64,000 nucleotides of DNA from the IMG/VR virus record IMGVR_UViG_3300029288_000076, positions 122,387-186,386 of that record, one strand, 5' to 3'. Position 1 is the first letter of the stretch. The number at the start of each line of letters is the position of its first letter. The stretch is from a virus (taxonomy: Duplodnaviria > Caudoviricetes). A program made the translations under genes and the position numbers. Shown here in pieces: positions 19,807 through 29,360 of the stretch. The notes beneath the pieces were generated by a model. The model worked only from the letters and a program-made list of their open reading frames with translations. It had not been told where the DNA came from and did no database searches.

Positions 19807-20398
19807 TGAATGTCCTCATAAAAGTAATATAATATTCCATATGACCTACATCGTTTAAATGTACTCCATCTTGTAGTAAAAGATTTTGAACAATTTTGTT
19901 TTTAGTGAGCCAATCTTTTTCATGATCTACTAAAATTACTCTATGATTATAATTGCTTCCAGATATAAAATCCTCAACCACATTTCGTATAACACCATTA
20001 TATACATGACATTGTGGGTAGATAGTGTTTTTTATAGCTGGATGATTTGTAGCAACAAAAACAACTTTAATATCAAAATTAAAAGCTCTTTCTATAATTT
20101 CATATAGATTATACCTAAAAGAATTAAGAGAAACCCTTGATAATCCTTTATCTGTTTCCCATCTATTACAATCATTCAAGCCATATTGAACATATAAGTA
20201 ATCTGCTTTTGCTTCTTGTACGTCATGCGGCATGCGCTCAAGAGCCTGCCTTGTAGTCTCACCATTCCTTGCAGAAATCTCAATAGAATAATCTTCTTCT
20301 AATTCTTTAGCTACAAGATATATCCACTTATTTGATAATGATATATGTTGTCCATCGACAGTAGAATCTCCCCAAAATAGAAACTTCTTTTTAATCAT
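19781..20398 (-). CDS. SGNH/GDSL hydrolase (O-acetylesterase or acetyltransferase)
   Basis: GDST, GETT, GLND, DGVH blocks. Confidence 0.88.
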   Translation of the reverse strand: MIKKKFLFWGDSTVDGQHISLSNKWIYLVAKELEEDYSIEISARNGETTRQALERMPHDVQEAKADYLYVQYGLNDCNRWETDKGLSRVSLNSFRYNLYEIIERAFNFDIKVVFVATNHPAIKNTIYPQCHVYNGVIRNVVEDFISGSNYNHRVILVDHEKDWLTKNKIVQNLLLQDGVHLNDVGHMEYYITFMRTFSDFLQTIL

Positions 20399-20756
20399 TC
20401 AAACTCCTAATCCACAATTCATTTGGTATAGCATAGGCAGCATCAATAGCTAGAAATTTAATTCCTCCTGGTGGATATAATCTACACTTATCCCAAATAC
20501 CATAGTCTTTTATATTACGACATATTTGCTCAAGTATTCTATCTTGAGCTTCTTTAGAAATTTCACAATTAAACCAAAAATGTCTTACTACAAAATGAAG
20601 CTTATTGTCTAAAGAGCTTTCCCCACCACCCTCTTTATAGTATGTTACGCAAATACAAATATGACGATCTATATCGCTATCTTTTTCTTTTTGAAAATAA
20701 AAAGGTAAAGAATCTATTTCATAACCTTCAATATTCTTAAACGATTCATTAATCAT
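20391..20756 (-). CDS. Hypothetical protein
   Basis: GGAGG RBS; lies within the operon. Confidence 0.5.
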   Translation of the reverse strand: MINESFKNIEGYEIDSLPFYFQKEKDSDIDRHICICVTYYKEGGGESSLDNKLHFVVRHFWFNCEISKEAQDRILEQICRNIKDYGIWDKCRLYPPGGIKFLAIDAAYAIPNELWIRSLND

Positions 20757-20765
20757 TTAACCTCC

Positions 20766-21599
20766 TTAGATACGATTAAGTAAATTTTGTTTTTTAAAAG
20801 CAAAACATAAAACGCCTAATACATTTCCATTGTTTGGAAATAGAAAATAAGATCCTTTCTTCCAAGCATTTTTATCCCAATTTATATATCCTGGAAGTTC
20901 GTTCACATAACCATAAATCAATTCAGATCCTAAAAACATTTCTTGTATATGCCTAACATTTATATTTGTAATATTCTTAGCTCTATCACCATATCCTAAT
21001 TCCCCATTCATTAGATAATCTATAGTAAAAATAATTATACCTCCAGGAGCCACTAAGTCCCAGCATGCTTTTAAGTGTTTTTCATATTTATCAACACCAT
21101 AGCAAATTGGTATATGTTCTAAAACAGATATATTAAAAACTACATCAAAAAATTCTTTTTGTAATGGTAATTCTTCTACCAAACCGACCACCATTTTTGC
21201 TTCATAATCTTTTAATATTGACATAAAAGATGTCCATTCAGCTTCTAGATTATTTCTTAAAGCCCAAATAAGAATATCAGTAAGATGTTCATAATCAGAA
21301 GAAAAGACTTTATGGATTGTTAAATCTGTTTGCTCCATTAATAAAGCTGAAACAAAAAGCATATCAGAACCAATATCTAAAACTTTCTTTCCTTTTAATC
21401 CTCCATGAAAATTAGAAGCAATATTTAATACAGTTGGATACTCTTTCAATCTTGTAGTGCAGGAACAAAAAAATATCATTTCTTCTTTTTGATATTGTGT
21501 AAGTTCTAACCATTCTTCAAGTTTAAGTTCGTTAGACATCCAGTCAAAAGCTTTAATATAGTATCTAATATCTTCTTGAGAAGGATTCTTTAAAATCAT
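20766..21599 (-). CDS. Class I SAM-dependent methyltransferase
   Basis: VLDIGS, FDVVFNISVLEH, LVAPGG. Confidence 0.82.
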   Translation of the reverse strand: MILKNPSQEDIRYYIKAFDWMSNELKLEEWLELTQYQKEEMIFFCSCTTRLKEYPTVLNIASNFHGGLKGKKVLDIGSDMLFVSALLMEQTDLTIHKVFSSDYEHLTDILIWALRNNLEAEWTSFMSILKDYEAKMVVGLVEELPLQKEFFDVVFNISVLEHIPICYGVDKYEKHLKACWDLVAPGGIIIFTIDYLMNGELGYGDRAKNITNINVRHIQEMFLGSELIYGYVNELPGYINWDKNAWKKGSYFLFPNNGNVLGVLCFAFKKQNLLNRI

Positions 21600-22525
21600 T
21601 TCAAATTTTTAAGATGCGTATAAGTTTCTGTTACTGGATTATTTTTGTACCAATCAGTTGCCCTATCAATTCCACTTTGTAATGGTGTGAAACCTAGCAC
21701 TGGTTGTCCAAATTCTTTGATAGTTAAATCATTCTCTAAAATCAAATAAGGTATATCGTCGTCACCACGTTCTTTAAAAATAGGGTCTTTTTCTATATTC
21801 AAACTCTTGCACATCGCATTATACAAATCAACAATCTTATATGATCTTCCTGACGATACATGGTAAGCTCCATGTCCATTACTTTTAAGTATTGCCTGGA
21901 GCAAATAAAAAAGCAAATCATTTATATAAACAAAATCTCTTTCAACTCCAGTTACTACTGTGCAATCTTCTCCTTCAGTTAATCTCTTGAAAAATGTGGG
22001 CACAGGACCTGATAAATTACGTTCGCCGTAGCAGTTAGCTAATCGAAAAGAAACATAATCAATTCCAGACATTGCTATATATCTTTCAGCTGCTGTTTTT
22101 GAAATAGAATAGCTATTAGTTGGGGCTATTTTATGTACAACTGGAATTGGAACTATCTCTGGCCATCCATAGCAAAGTGATGTTTGCATATAGATAATTC
22201 TTTTCACTTTATTATTTTTAGCTGCTTTAATAATATTAACTGTCCCAAGTACATTTGTAGCACTATCGCGATACCAATCTTCAGGATCTTTATATGACGC
22301 TGCACAATGTACTACAACTTCTGGTTTAACGAGTTCAAAAAGTTCATTAACCCTGCCAATATTCTCTATTGTATCTGCAACAAAGTATTCCATTCTAGCA
22401 TCAATGTTTTTAGCTTTACCTGTTGACAAATTATCTATTCCATATACTTGATGTCCCCTATCAATAAGTTTGTTTGCTAAATGAGAACCAATAAATCCAG
22501 CAACCCCAGTTATTATGACATTCAA
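21596..22525 (-). CDS. NAD-dependent nucleotide-sugar epimerase/reductase (extended SDR), Bordetella WbmG/WbmH-like
   Basis: TGVAGFIG, AASYKDPEDW, QTSLCYG, YSISK, FRLAN, C-terminal YTHLK as recalled for WbmG/H. Confidence 0.85.
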   Translation of the reverse strand: MNVIITGVAGFIGSHLANKLIDRGHQVYGIDNLSTGKAKNIDARMEYFVADTIENIGRVNELFELVKPEVVVHCAASYKDPEDWYRDSATNVLGTVNIIKAAKNNKVKRIIYMQTSLCYGWPEIVPIPVVHKIAPTNSYSISKTAAERYIAMSGIDYVSFRLANCYGERNLSGPVPTFFKRLTEGEDCTVVTGVERDFVYINDLLFYLLQAILKSNGHGAYHVSSGRSYKIVDLYNAMCKSLNIEKDPIFKERGDDDIPYLILENDLTIKEFGQPVLGFTPLQSGIDRATDWYKNNPVTETYTHLKNLK

Positions 22526-23169
22526 TTAGTTTCCTCCCTATCTTTTTTCTTTCTAGTTTCTTTTTTATTATGATAACTAAAATGTTCTCCAACAGTCATC
22601 ATTTGCAAATTTGTCAAATCATTATTTTTACTATTCCCATCTTTATGATGAATAACGCAACCTTTTGGTATTTCTCCATAAGCTTCTCCCCAAACTAAAC
22701 GATGCATTAACCTTCTTTTATCTCCTTCATTGTAAATTGATATATAATTGCCACTATCAAGTACTTCACCTTTCCACCTTGAATTTTTCTCCCTTATAGT
22801 ACTTTCTCTCATTTTCCTCTTTGCTTCTTCGGAAAGATGTTTTCCTGTTTGGGCTTCGCTCATCCGCTTTCTAGTTTCTAAAGAGAGATTTTCTATTTTA
22901 TGACATTCACTTCTACGCTTCTTTGTCTCTTCGGAAAGATTTTCTGTTTTATTAATAAAACTTATTTGTTGCCTTGTTTCTTTAGAATGATGTTTACCTT
23001 TCATGCCAAAATTATGATTATTTTTAGCATTCCACTTAGAAACACAAGAGTGACAACAAAATAATGACTCTTTCTTCTTCTTTTTTCCACACTTATATTT
23101 ATTTAGAATTTCTTTTCCGCACTGTTTACAACACTCTTTATTGTCATCCATTCTATAACATTTCTCCAT
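22522..23169 (-). CDS. Free-standing HNH homing endonuclease with NUMOD3 repeats
   Basis: GKHHSKETR repeats; HRLVW...IHHKDGNSKNNDLTNL. Confidence 0.88.
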   Translation of the reverse strand: MEKCYRMDDNKECCKQCGKEILNKYKCGKKKKKESLFCCHSCVSKWNAKNNHNFGMKGKHHSKETRQQISFINKTENLSEETKKRRSECHKIENLSLETRKRMSEAQTGKHLSEEAKRKMRESTIREKNSRWKGEVLDSGNYISIYNEGDKRRLMHRLVWGEAYGEIPKGCVIHHKDGNSKNNDLTNLQMMTVGEHFSYHNKKETRKKKDREETN

Positions 23170-24406
23170 CTATAAAGTTTCTAAAAAATAATTCCAAGCT
23201 CAAAGCACCCAAAATTGTCCTACCATATTCTGATTCCAATGATGCTGCTATTAATATTTCATCACAATTAAAGATACCACGTTCTCGCGTTCTTTGATCA
23301 TTAAATAAATCGCTAACAAATTCATTTGCAATACCATCTCCTTGTATCCATTTCACAAAAGGAGTTGTAAAGCCCATCTTGTTTGTTCTATTTAAGACTT
23401 TCTCAGGCAAATACTTTTCTCCTGCTTTCTTAAGAATATATTTTAATTCTTGATTCTTAAATTTAATCTCAATTGGGACTTCTTTAGCAAACTCAACAAT
23501 AGCCCTACTTAGCAAAGGTGCATAAGTTTCTATACCAAAAGCTCTTGGGAGCTTTTCATCAATAGCTAATAACGTTGGTAGATCATATTGAATTTCTCCA
23601 ACCATTACTTGCTCAAGAGTTTTTGTTTCCATACAAGGATAAAATATATTCATTGGAAAACGATCTTTAGCATATATACTAGGGACTTTGCATCTAAGAA
23701 TAGAATTATTATATTGTAATAAATCCAAATATCTTGTATAACCTAACCAAAGTTCGTCTCCCCCTTCACCTGTTAGAAGTATGTCTACCCATTTCGAAGC
23801 TTCTTTGTAGACAATATATTGGCTAAAAGATCCTGGACCACCGCAAGGTTCTTCTAACCAATAAATAACGTCTTGTATATTATCTACAAAATCTTGTTCA
23901 TCAATAATTACAGGATGCAAAATAAGATTTGGATATTTATTTGTTACTGCTTTAATATAAGGCCATTCATTGTAACCTTCATAAAGAAACAATCCTGAGA
24001 AAACATTAAAGTCGCAATCAGGATTTTGAGTTGCTGCTACACCAGTTACAAAAGAACTATCTATTCCGCCAGAAAGAGAAAAGCCTATTTCATCAGCGCT
24101 TTTATAAGAAAGAGATTCTTTAATAGAGTTCTCTACAAGATACGTTAGTGTTTTTATTGCTCTATCTTCTGTAAGATTATCATAATTAAAATAGAAATTA
24201 GCTAATTGAGAAGGTCTTTCTCTAAAAATACCTTTAAATAATGTTTCAGAAGAAGTATAGTATTGATATGTAATGTACTCTTGAAGAGCTTGTTCGTTTA
24301 GCTCTATTTTAGGTTTGCCATTTTCATCTTGGGGTAAATATTTAAAAAGATCAACTATCCTATCTGAATAGTGTCTAACACCGTAACCATTAATATAGTA
24401 TTGCAA
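23153..24406 (-). CDS. Asparagine-synthetase-like amide ligase (synthetase domain only)
   Basis: SLSGGIDSS PP-loop, LTGEGGDELWLGY, KMGF; no N-terminal Cys glutaminase domain. Confidence 0.85.
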   Translation of the reverse strand: MQYYINGYGVRHYSDRIVDLFKYLPQDENGKPKIELNEQALQEYITYQYYTSSETLFKGIFRERPSQLANFYFNYDNLTEDRAIKTLTYLVENSIKESLSYKSADEIGFSLSGGIDSSFVTGVAATQNPDCDFNVFSGLFLYEGYNEWPYIKAVTNKYPNLILHPVIIDEQDFVDNIQDVIYWLEEPCGGPGSFSQYIVYKEASKWVDILLTGEGGDELWLGYTRYLDLLQYNNSILRCKVPSIYAKDRFPMNIFYPCMETKTLEQVMVGEIQYDLPTLLAIDEKLPRAFGIETYAPLLSRAIVEFAKEVPIEIKFKNQELKYILKKAGEKYLPEKVLNRTNKMGFTTPFVKWIQGDGIANEFVSDLFNDQRTRERGIFNCDEILIAASLESEYGRTILGALSLELFFRNFIDGEML

Positions 24407-24458
24407 TTACTTTATTCCTCCATTGTTACTATTATGTAAAATGTTTAATCTATTAAAT

Positions 24459-24932
24459 TTAAATTTCTAATAAAGCCCCGCAGCGGCCACAATATTTACT
24501 TTTTTTATACTCTTCTTTAGTAAATGAATAACCGCAATAAAGACACTTAGAATTTAAAGATTTATCTTTGCTTATTTTATTATCAAGACTATAATTGTGA
24601 GTTGATACAGCTGCAAAATAATTATAAGAATTTTTCTTTTTATAACCAAAAATATTCCTATTTTCTTTATCCCTATCGAGACCATTCCAATATATATTGT
24701 ACGGAATACTCGCTTCTTGTATTTTTATTATATAATCTGCTACTTCTACTCCATTCTTACAATGATATTTGCAAAAAAGATTAAGTAACCTTTCTGTTCC
24801 ATAATACCAAATACAAATCCAAATAGGCTCTTTAATCAGCTCATCACCACAAATATCACAAAAATCATCTTCACAAATACCTTGTTTAACTTTATATCTG
24901 CTTCTGTCAACGTTTTCTTTATTAATTCTCAT
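24459..24932 (-). CDS. Cys-rich hypothetical protein
   Basis: CDICG, CLYCG, CGRCG. Confidence 0.5.
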   Translation of the reverse strand: MRINKENVDRSRYKVKQGICEDDFCDICGDELIKEPIWICIWYYGTERLLNLFCKYHCKNGVEVADYIIKIQEASIPYNIYWNGLDRDKENRNIFGYKKKNSYNYFAAVSTHNYSLDNKISKDKSLNSKCLYCGYSFTKEEYKKSKYCGRCGALLEI

Positions 24933-25189
24933 CCCCTATCACCATTTTCTAAAATATTTAGTTTGTAGCTAGCGCCATTAGAAAAATGAATACTTCGTGT
25001 ATTATAGTATTCTATTTCTTCTTTAGTTAAATCTCTGGTAGTTTCTTTAGGGAATTTTACTTCCATAAAACCAAATCCGGTTAACCATTCTCCTAAATAA
25101 TAACTTTCACGAACTCCTCTTATATGGAATATATCTGGTTTATTACTGCTAATGTCTCCAAGTTTATGTATTGCTTTAGTAGCCATCAC
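24929..25189 (-). CDS. Hypothetical protein
   Basis: 86-aa ORF directly downstream of tnpB. Confidence 0.55.
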   Translation of the reverse strand: MMATKAIHKLGDISSNKPDIFHIRGVRESYYLGEWLTGFGFMEVKFPKETTRDLTKEEIEYYNTRSIHFSNGASYKLNILENGDRG

Positions 25190-25250
25190 GGAACTACATC
25201 CTTATAAAGTATTATAGTTTTCTTGCACAGGATCCGTAGGTTCCTGTAAG
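25190..25250 (-). ncRNA. Candidate 3' part of the TnpB omegaRNA scaffold / element right end
   Basis: Hairpins ACAGGA...TCCTGT (25227-25247) and AACTATA...TGTAGTT (25192-25219) overlapping the tnpB 3' end. Confidence 0.45.
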
Positions 25251-26281
25251 AGAAATCGATTCAAGATATTTAAAGACGCATTATAATCTGCATCGGTAGT
25301 GTAACCACAACTCTTACACTTAAATATCTCACCATTTCGATTCTCCTTGTGGACTGCTTTGCACATTGAGCATTCTTGGCTCGTGTAAGCAGGATTAACT
25401 TTGTGAACGTGGACACCACTTATTTCACATCGTTGCCTTAACCTATTTAAAAAATATGAATAAGACCACCGTTGTAACTTATTATTAAATTTCTTGGTAA
25501 ACTTACCTTTACTGTGCTTCTTTACATTTTTAAGATCCTCCACAACTAGAATTTTGATAGTTTCAAAAGGAATTTCTTTTGTTACTCTATTAATATAATT
25601 ATCTCGTTCTATTAGTTTCCTTTTAAATGCTTTAGAACCTTGTACTTTTCTTGAAATATTTTCAATTTTCTTTTCTAATTCAGTTCCTATTTGTTGTTTT
25701 GTAGAAAGAACTGCCAGCTTCTTATATCCACAATCAAGACCTATAGCTTTTCCTGTTTCTTTTAATGTAACATCTTTCTGGAAAAATAAATCTACAAAAA
25801 ATGCTCCATCAGATCTTTTTCTAAGTCTAATTGACTTTTTAAGATTCCAACTTTCAAAACTATTAAAATGCTCATGTTTTTTAGATGGGATTTTAAAGAC
25901 AAAATGATTACCAATATTCCAAAATTTTATCCATATATCAAAAGAAGTTGAAATATTAAAATTAATAGTAACAAAATTTGAATTGAGAATAATATTTTTC
26001 TTTTTAAAAACTGGTTTTATCTTCTTTTTCTTTTTTCTTTGGCTCTTGACTATTTGTAACGCTTGTTGAGCTAGAGATTGTTTCAAAGCAGGAGATAACC
26101 ATGTATCTCCAACAAGATCATAAATAGATTTATATACATAATTCCCTTCAAATACATTATTATCATAGAAAATAGAAATATACTTGTTAATAACTTTTGC
26201 TGATTCCTCTAGCAAAGAACCTAAAATTTGTAATTTGCCAGTGTTTGCTTTATTAATAGATATAGTTGATTTTCTAATCAT
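25202..26281 (-). CDS. tnpB: TnpB RNA-guided endonuclease (IS200/IS605/IS607 superfamily), solo
   Basis: RuvC-I GLDCG, RuvC-II VEDL, VNPAYTSQECSMC...FKCKSCG zinc finger, RuvC-III DADYNASLNI. Confidence 0.92.
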   Translation of the reverse strand: MIRKSTISINKANTGKLQILGSLLEESAKVINKYISIFYDNNVFEGNYVYKSIYDLVGDTWLSPALKQSLAQQALQIVKSQRKKKKKIKPVFKKKNIILNSNFVTINFNISTSFDIWIKFWNIGNHFVFKIPSKKHEHFNSFESWNLKKSIRLRKRSDGAFFVDLFFQKDVTLKETGKAIGLDCGYKKLAVLSTKQQIGTELEKKIENISRKVQGSKAFKRKLIERDNYINRVTKEIPFETIKILVVEDLKNVKKHSKGKFTKKFNNKLQRWSYSYFLNRLRQRCEISGVHVHKVNPAYTSQECSMCKAVHKENRNGEIFKCKSCGYTTDADYNASLNILNRFLLQEPTDPVQENYNTL

Positions 26282-26306
26282 GTTTCATTTCACTTCCTCA
26301 TTAAAA

Positions 26307-26588
26307 TTAATTTCGCATCTCAAGATAACTACACCCACAAAGCCATTTATCTGCAGAAGCATGCATTCTAGCAGAACATAAAGGACATTTTTTAGTTGTG
26401 AAGTGATAACTATATGTATTAACTGAAAATTCCCATCCACAGTTTACACAAGAGTGATGAAATTCTCTGCCTATAATTTCATTAGAAAATTCAAGTTCTA
26501 TTTCCTTATAACAACGAGGGCAATAAAGACTTGTTATATCTTTTTGGTCTAAACCATTAATTACAAATTGTATTCTTTCTTCTTGCAT
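26307..26588 (-). CDS. Zn-ribbon hypothetical protein
   Basis: CPRC, CVNC, CPLC, CGC. Confidence 0.55.
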   Translation of the reverse strand: MQEERIQFVINGLDQKDITSLYCPRCYKEIELEFSNEIIGREFHHSCVNCGWEFSVNTYSYHFTTKKCPLCSARMHASADKWLCGCSYLEMRN

Positions 26589-27183
26589 AATTAAATCTCC
26601 TCTTCAAAATAATTGGCTGACTTTTTCTTTCTTATATTTTTCTTATCTAAAACGCACTCAGTTAATAATGTAAATTCTCTACAAGATTGCCATTGTTCTG
26701 GATCTTCATATATACAATCCCTACAAATTTTTCTGTCCCACCCCATACCAAATAAAGGACAACTCGGTTCAATAAGATCTTCTGCATTTTTGAACATCTT
26801 GGCTTCCTCACTGAATCCTTGAGAAAATATCTATAGCTTGCTCTTTTGTTGGAGCACAATGAAAACAAAGATAATAATCTGTTTGATATTTTTCTATCAT
26901 CCACATATCTTCTTTCTTATAATCTTCTTGGCATAAACAGCATTGCTTCCAAAAATATTTGGGTCGAACAATAAATATAGTATCTTCAAATTTTACTTTT
27001 TTTCTTTTCATTTTAAATTATGCTAACTGCGTTTCTTTAAAAAGTGAACTTCTTTTGATCTATATTAATTCTACTACAAAAGGAAATTCAGCAGAAACAA
27101 AGCTCTTATACATTTTTAAACTAAATCAAATATAAAAAGAATTTGAATTTTGCCTTTATCAAACATAAGTATGCTCACTAAGT

Positions 27184-27221
27184 TAAAATATTCCTAAAAT
27201 CAAACACAAACTTGTTCCAAT
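27184..27221. repeat. 38-bp direct repeat, copy of the exonuclease gene 3' end (27811-27848)
   Basis: TAAAATATTCCTAAAATCAAACACAAACTTGTTCCAAT identical at both positions. Confidence 0.9.
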
Positions 27222-27239
27222 AATAATAGTAAATATAAT

Positions 27240-27452
27240 TTATTCCTTTTTAAAATATTTACAAATAGCGTTTTCATTGACCATAGGAGAATAATTTTCA
27301 TTTCTTGCACAAATGAAAAAGTATTTTCTTTCAGTTACGTTTTCAATAAAATCTATCTTATGATATTTGCACTTACGACAACTATCAACTAGTTTATAGC
27401 CAGTCTCATTTAACCAAACACTTCTATTAGCTAATCTTTCTAACGCATCCAT
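27240..27452 (-). CDS. Small Cys-rich protein (paralogue of 27562..27795)
   Basis: CRKCKY...IC...ICKYFKK. Confidence 0.6.
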   Translation of the reverse strand: MDALERLANRSVWLNETGYKLVDSCRKCKYHKIDFIENVTERKYFFICARNENYSPMVNENAICKYFKKE

Positions 27453-27561
27453 TTAAAATCCTTTTTAGATTAAAATATTACATAAATCATTTATTTATAC
27501 CAATCCTTTACGGCAATCTAAACATCTAAATTTGAATAACCTTCAACAACTTAAAATATAT

Positions 27562-27795
27562 TCAAACAACTTCTTTCTTCTTATAAGATTTGCAAACAGT
27601 ATCTTCTTTTACAAGAGCATGATAATCATCTTGGTAACAAATCTTATACCATTTTTCTTTCATTGCTGAACCAAAAAATTCATCCTTTGAATACTTACAC
27701 GTAGTACAAGTTTTTGCTACTCTATAATTTTGTTTATTATTCCAGAATCTTCTTTTCTTTTGGTCATAAGTTTCGTAAGACATAATTTTACTCAT
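27562..27795 (-). CDS. Small Cys-rich protein
   Basis: CTTCKY...IC...VCKSYKK. Confidence 0.6.
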   Translation of the reverse strand: MSKIMSYETYDQKKRRFWNNKQNYRVAKTCTTCKYSKDEFFGSAMKEKWYKICYQDDYHALVKEDTVCKSYKKKEVV

Positions 27796-27804
27796 TTAAT
27801 ACAA

Positions 27805-28740
27805 TTAAACTAAAATATTCCTAAAATCAAACACAAACTTGTTCCAATCATTTAAAATGCTTTCAAACTCATACTCTTCTATTTTTTGTTTAAATTTATC
27901 TAAATCAATTTTTCTATTTAAGTATTGAAGCTCAAATTCTTCAAATATTAACTCTTCATATCCTAACTCTTTTACCAATTCTCCTAATTTGAAAAGCTTA
28001 TAATTTCTTTTTAAAAGATCTAGAGCATCTTCAGTAAACAGATTCTTATACTTTTTCTTTTCAATTAAATCTGTTTTTATTCGTTCATAATTATCTATAA
28101 CGTTCCCATAAGTATTTACTAAATCTGTTGCTGTTTTTGGCCCTATGCCATCGATTCCTCTAACATTATCACTCATATCACCAAGAAGTATCTTGTAATA
28201 AATAAAGTTTTCAATACTATTTATACCAGTTTTCTCAGAAAAGTTATCTACAGTAACCAGCTCGTTTTTATTTGGATTGCACCATGCCACATTTGTGTCT
28301 ACTGCTAAATAAAGATCTCTATCAGTAGAAATAATTACGACCTCTTCATTACTACTAAAGAAACTTGCCAATAGATGAATTGAGTCATCAGCCTCTATGC
28401 CTTTGATTCTTACGTTTATAATACCTATTAGGCTAAGAATGTCATATAATTCGTTTAATTGATTTAAAAATTCTAAATAAAATTCATCTGAACCTGGATT
28501 ATTCTTTCTATTTTCTGCCCTATTAGTTTTATAAGTATTTAATAGATCAAGACGATAATGCACTTTCCCAAAATCATAACACATCACAACCATTGATGGA
28601 GAAAACTTTTTGAGTACGCTTCTTAGCATATTCAAAACTCCATAAACAACGCTTACTCTCTGACCCTTAGAGTTAGATAAATCTAAAGTAGAATTGGCAC
28701 GAAATGCGAAATTATTTCCATCAATAATACAAATGGTCAT
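27805..28740 (-). CDS. 5'-3' exonuclease / flap endonuclease (Pol I N-terminal / T4 RNase H family)
   Basis: IIDGNN, YKTNR, EADD, STDRD, GDMSDNVRGIDGIGPKTA. Confidence 0.93.
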   Translation of the reverse strand: MTICIIDGNNFAFRANSTLDLSNSKGQRVSVVYGVLNMLRSVLKKFSPSMVVMCYDFGKVHYRLDLLNTYKTNRAENRKNNPGSDEFYLEFLNQLNELYDILSLIGIINVRIKGIEADDSIHLLASFFSSNEEVVIISTDRDLYLAVDTNVAWCNPNKNELVTVDNFSEKTGINSIENFIYYKILLGDMSDNVRGIDGIGPKTATDLVNTYGNVIDNYERIKTDLIEKKKYKNLFTEDALDLLKRNYKLFKLGELVKELGYEELIFEEFELQYLNRKIDLDKFKQKIEEYEFESILNDWNKFVFDFRNILV

Positions 28741-29360
28741 TCTGTTTCCTCTATTACTTTTTTGCCATGATGAATTTTATTATGCTCTCCAGGAGTTACT
28801 AGTTGCAAATTTATTAATTCGTTATTTTTTCTATTGCCATCTATATGATGAATATGGTAACCCTCTGGTATCAAACCATTAGCTTCTTCCCATATATAAC
28901 GATGCAATGATTTTCTTTTATCACCTTTAACATATATTGAAGTATATGTGCTTGTATCAATAATTTCACCCTTCCACATATAATTTTTTTCTCTCTTAAG
29001 AGATTCGCTTATTTTATGTTTTTGCTCTTCTGGCAAATGCCTACCTTTTAATGTATTACTTATTTTTTTTCTACATTCCTCAGTAATACATCTGCCCTTT
29101 AACTTAACACTTAATAGTTTTCTAGTCTCATCTGAAAATATTCTTCCCTTTAATTTATCGCTTAACTTTCGCTTATGCTCTTCTGATAAGCTCTTTCCTT
29201 TAAATCCAACATTAGGATTGTTAATAATTTGCCATTTGCTAGAACAAGAAACGCTACAAAACTTTTTACTTTCTTTACTTTTAAACTTAATTACAATTTC
29301 ATTATTACACTGTAAACAATATTTTTTTATCTTATCATTTCTATCACAATATTTTATCAT
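28737..29360 (-). CDS. Free-standing HNH homing endonuclease with NUMOD3 repeats
   Basis: SEEHKRKLS repeats; HRYIW...IHHIDGNRKNN..NL. Confidence 0.88.
   Translation of the reverse strand: MIKYCDRNDKIKKYCLQCNNEIVIKFKSKESKKFCSVSCSSKWQIINNPNVGFKGKSLSEEHKRKLSDKLKGRIFSDETRKLLSVKLKGRCITEECRKKISNTLKGRHLPEEQKHKISESLKREKNYMWKGEIIDTSTYTSIYVKGDKRKSLHRYIWEEANGLIPEGYHIHHIDGNRKNNELINLQLVTPGEHNKIHHGKKVIEETE

Noticed and set aside
3397-24406. Host chromosomal O-antigen locus (prophage boundary or chimeric assembly)
   Set aside because: The sugar genes are interleaved and translationally coupled with phage-type genes, share their AT-rich composition, and lack wzx/wzy/ABC transport genes
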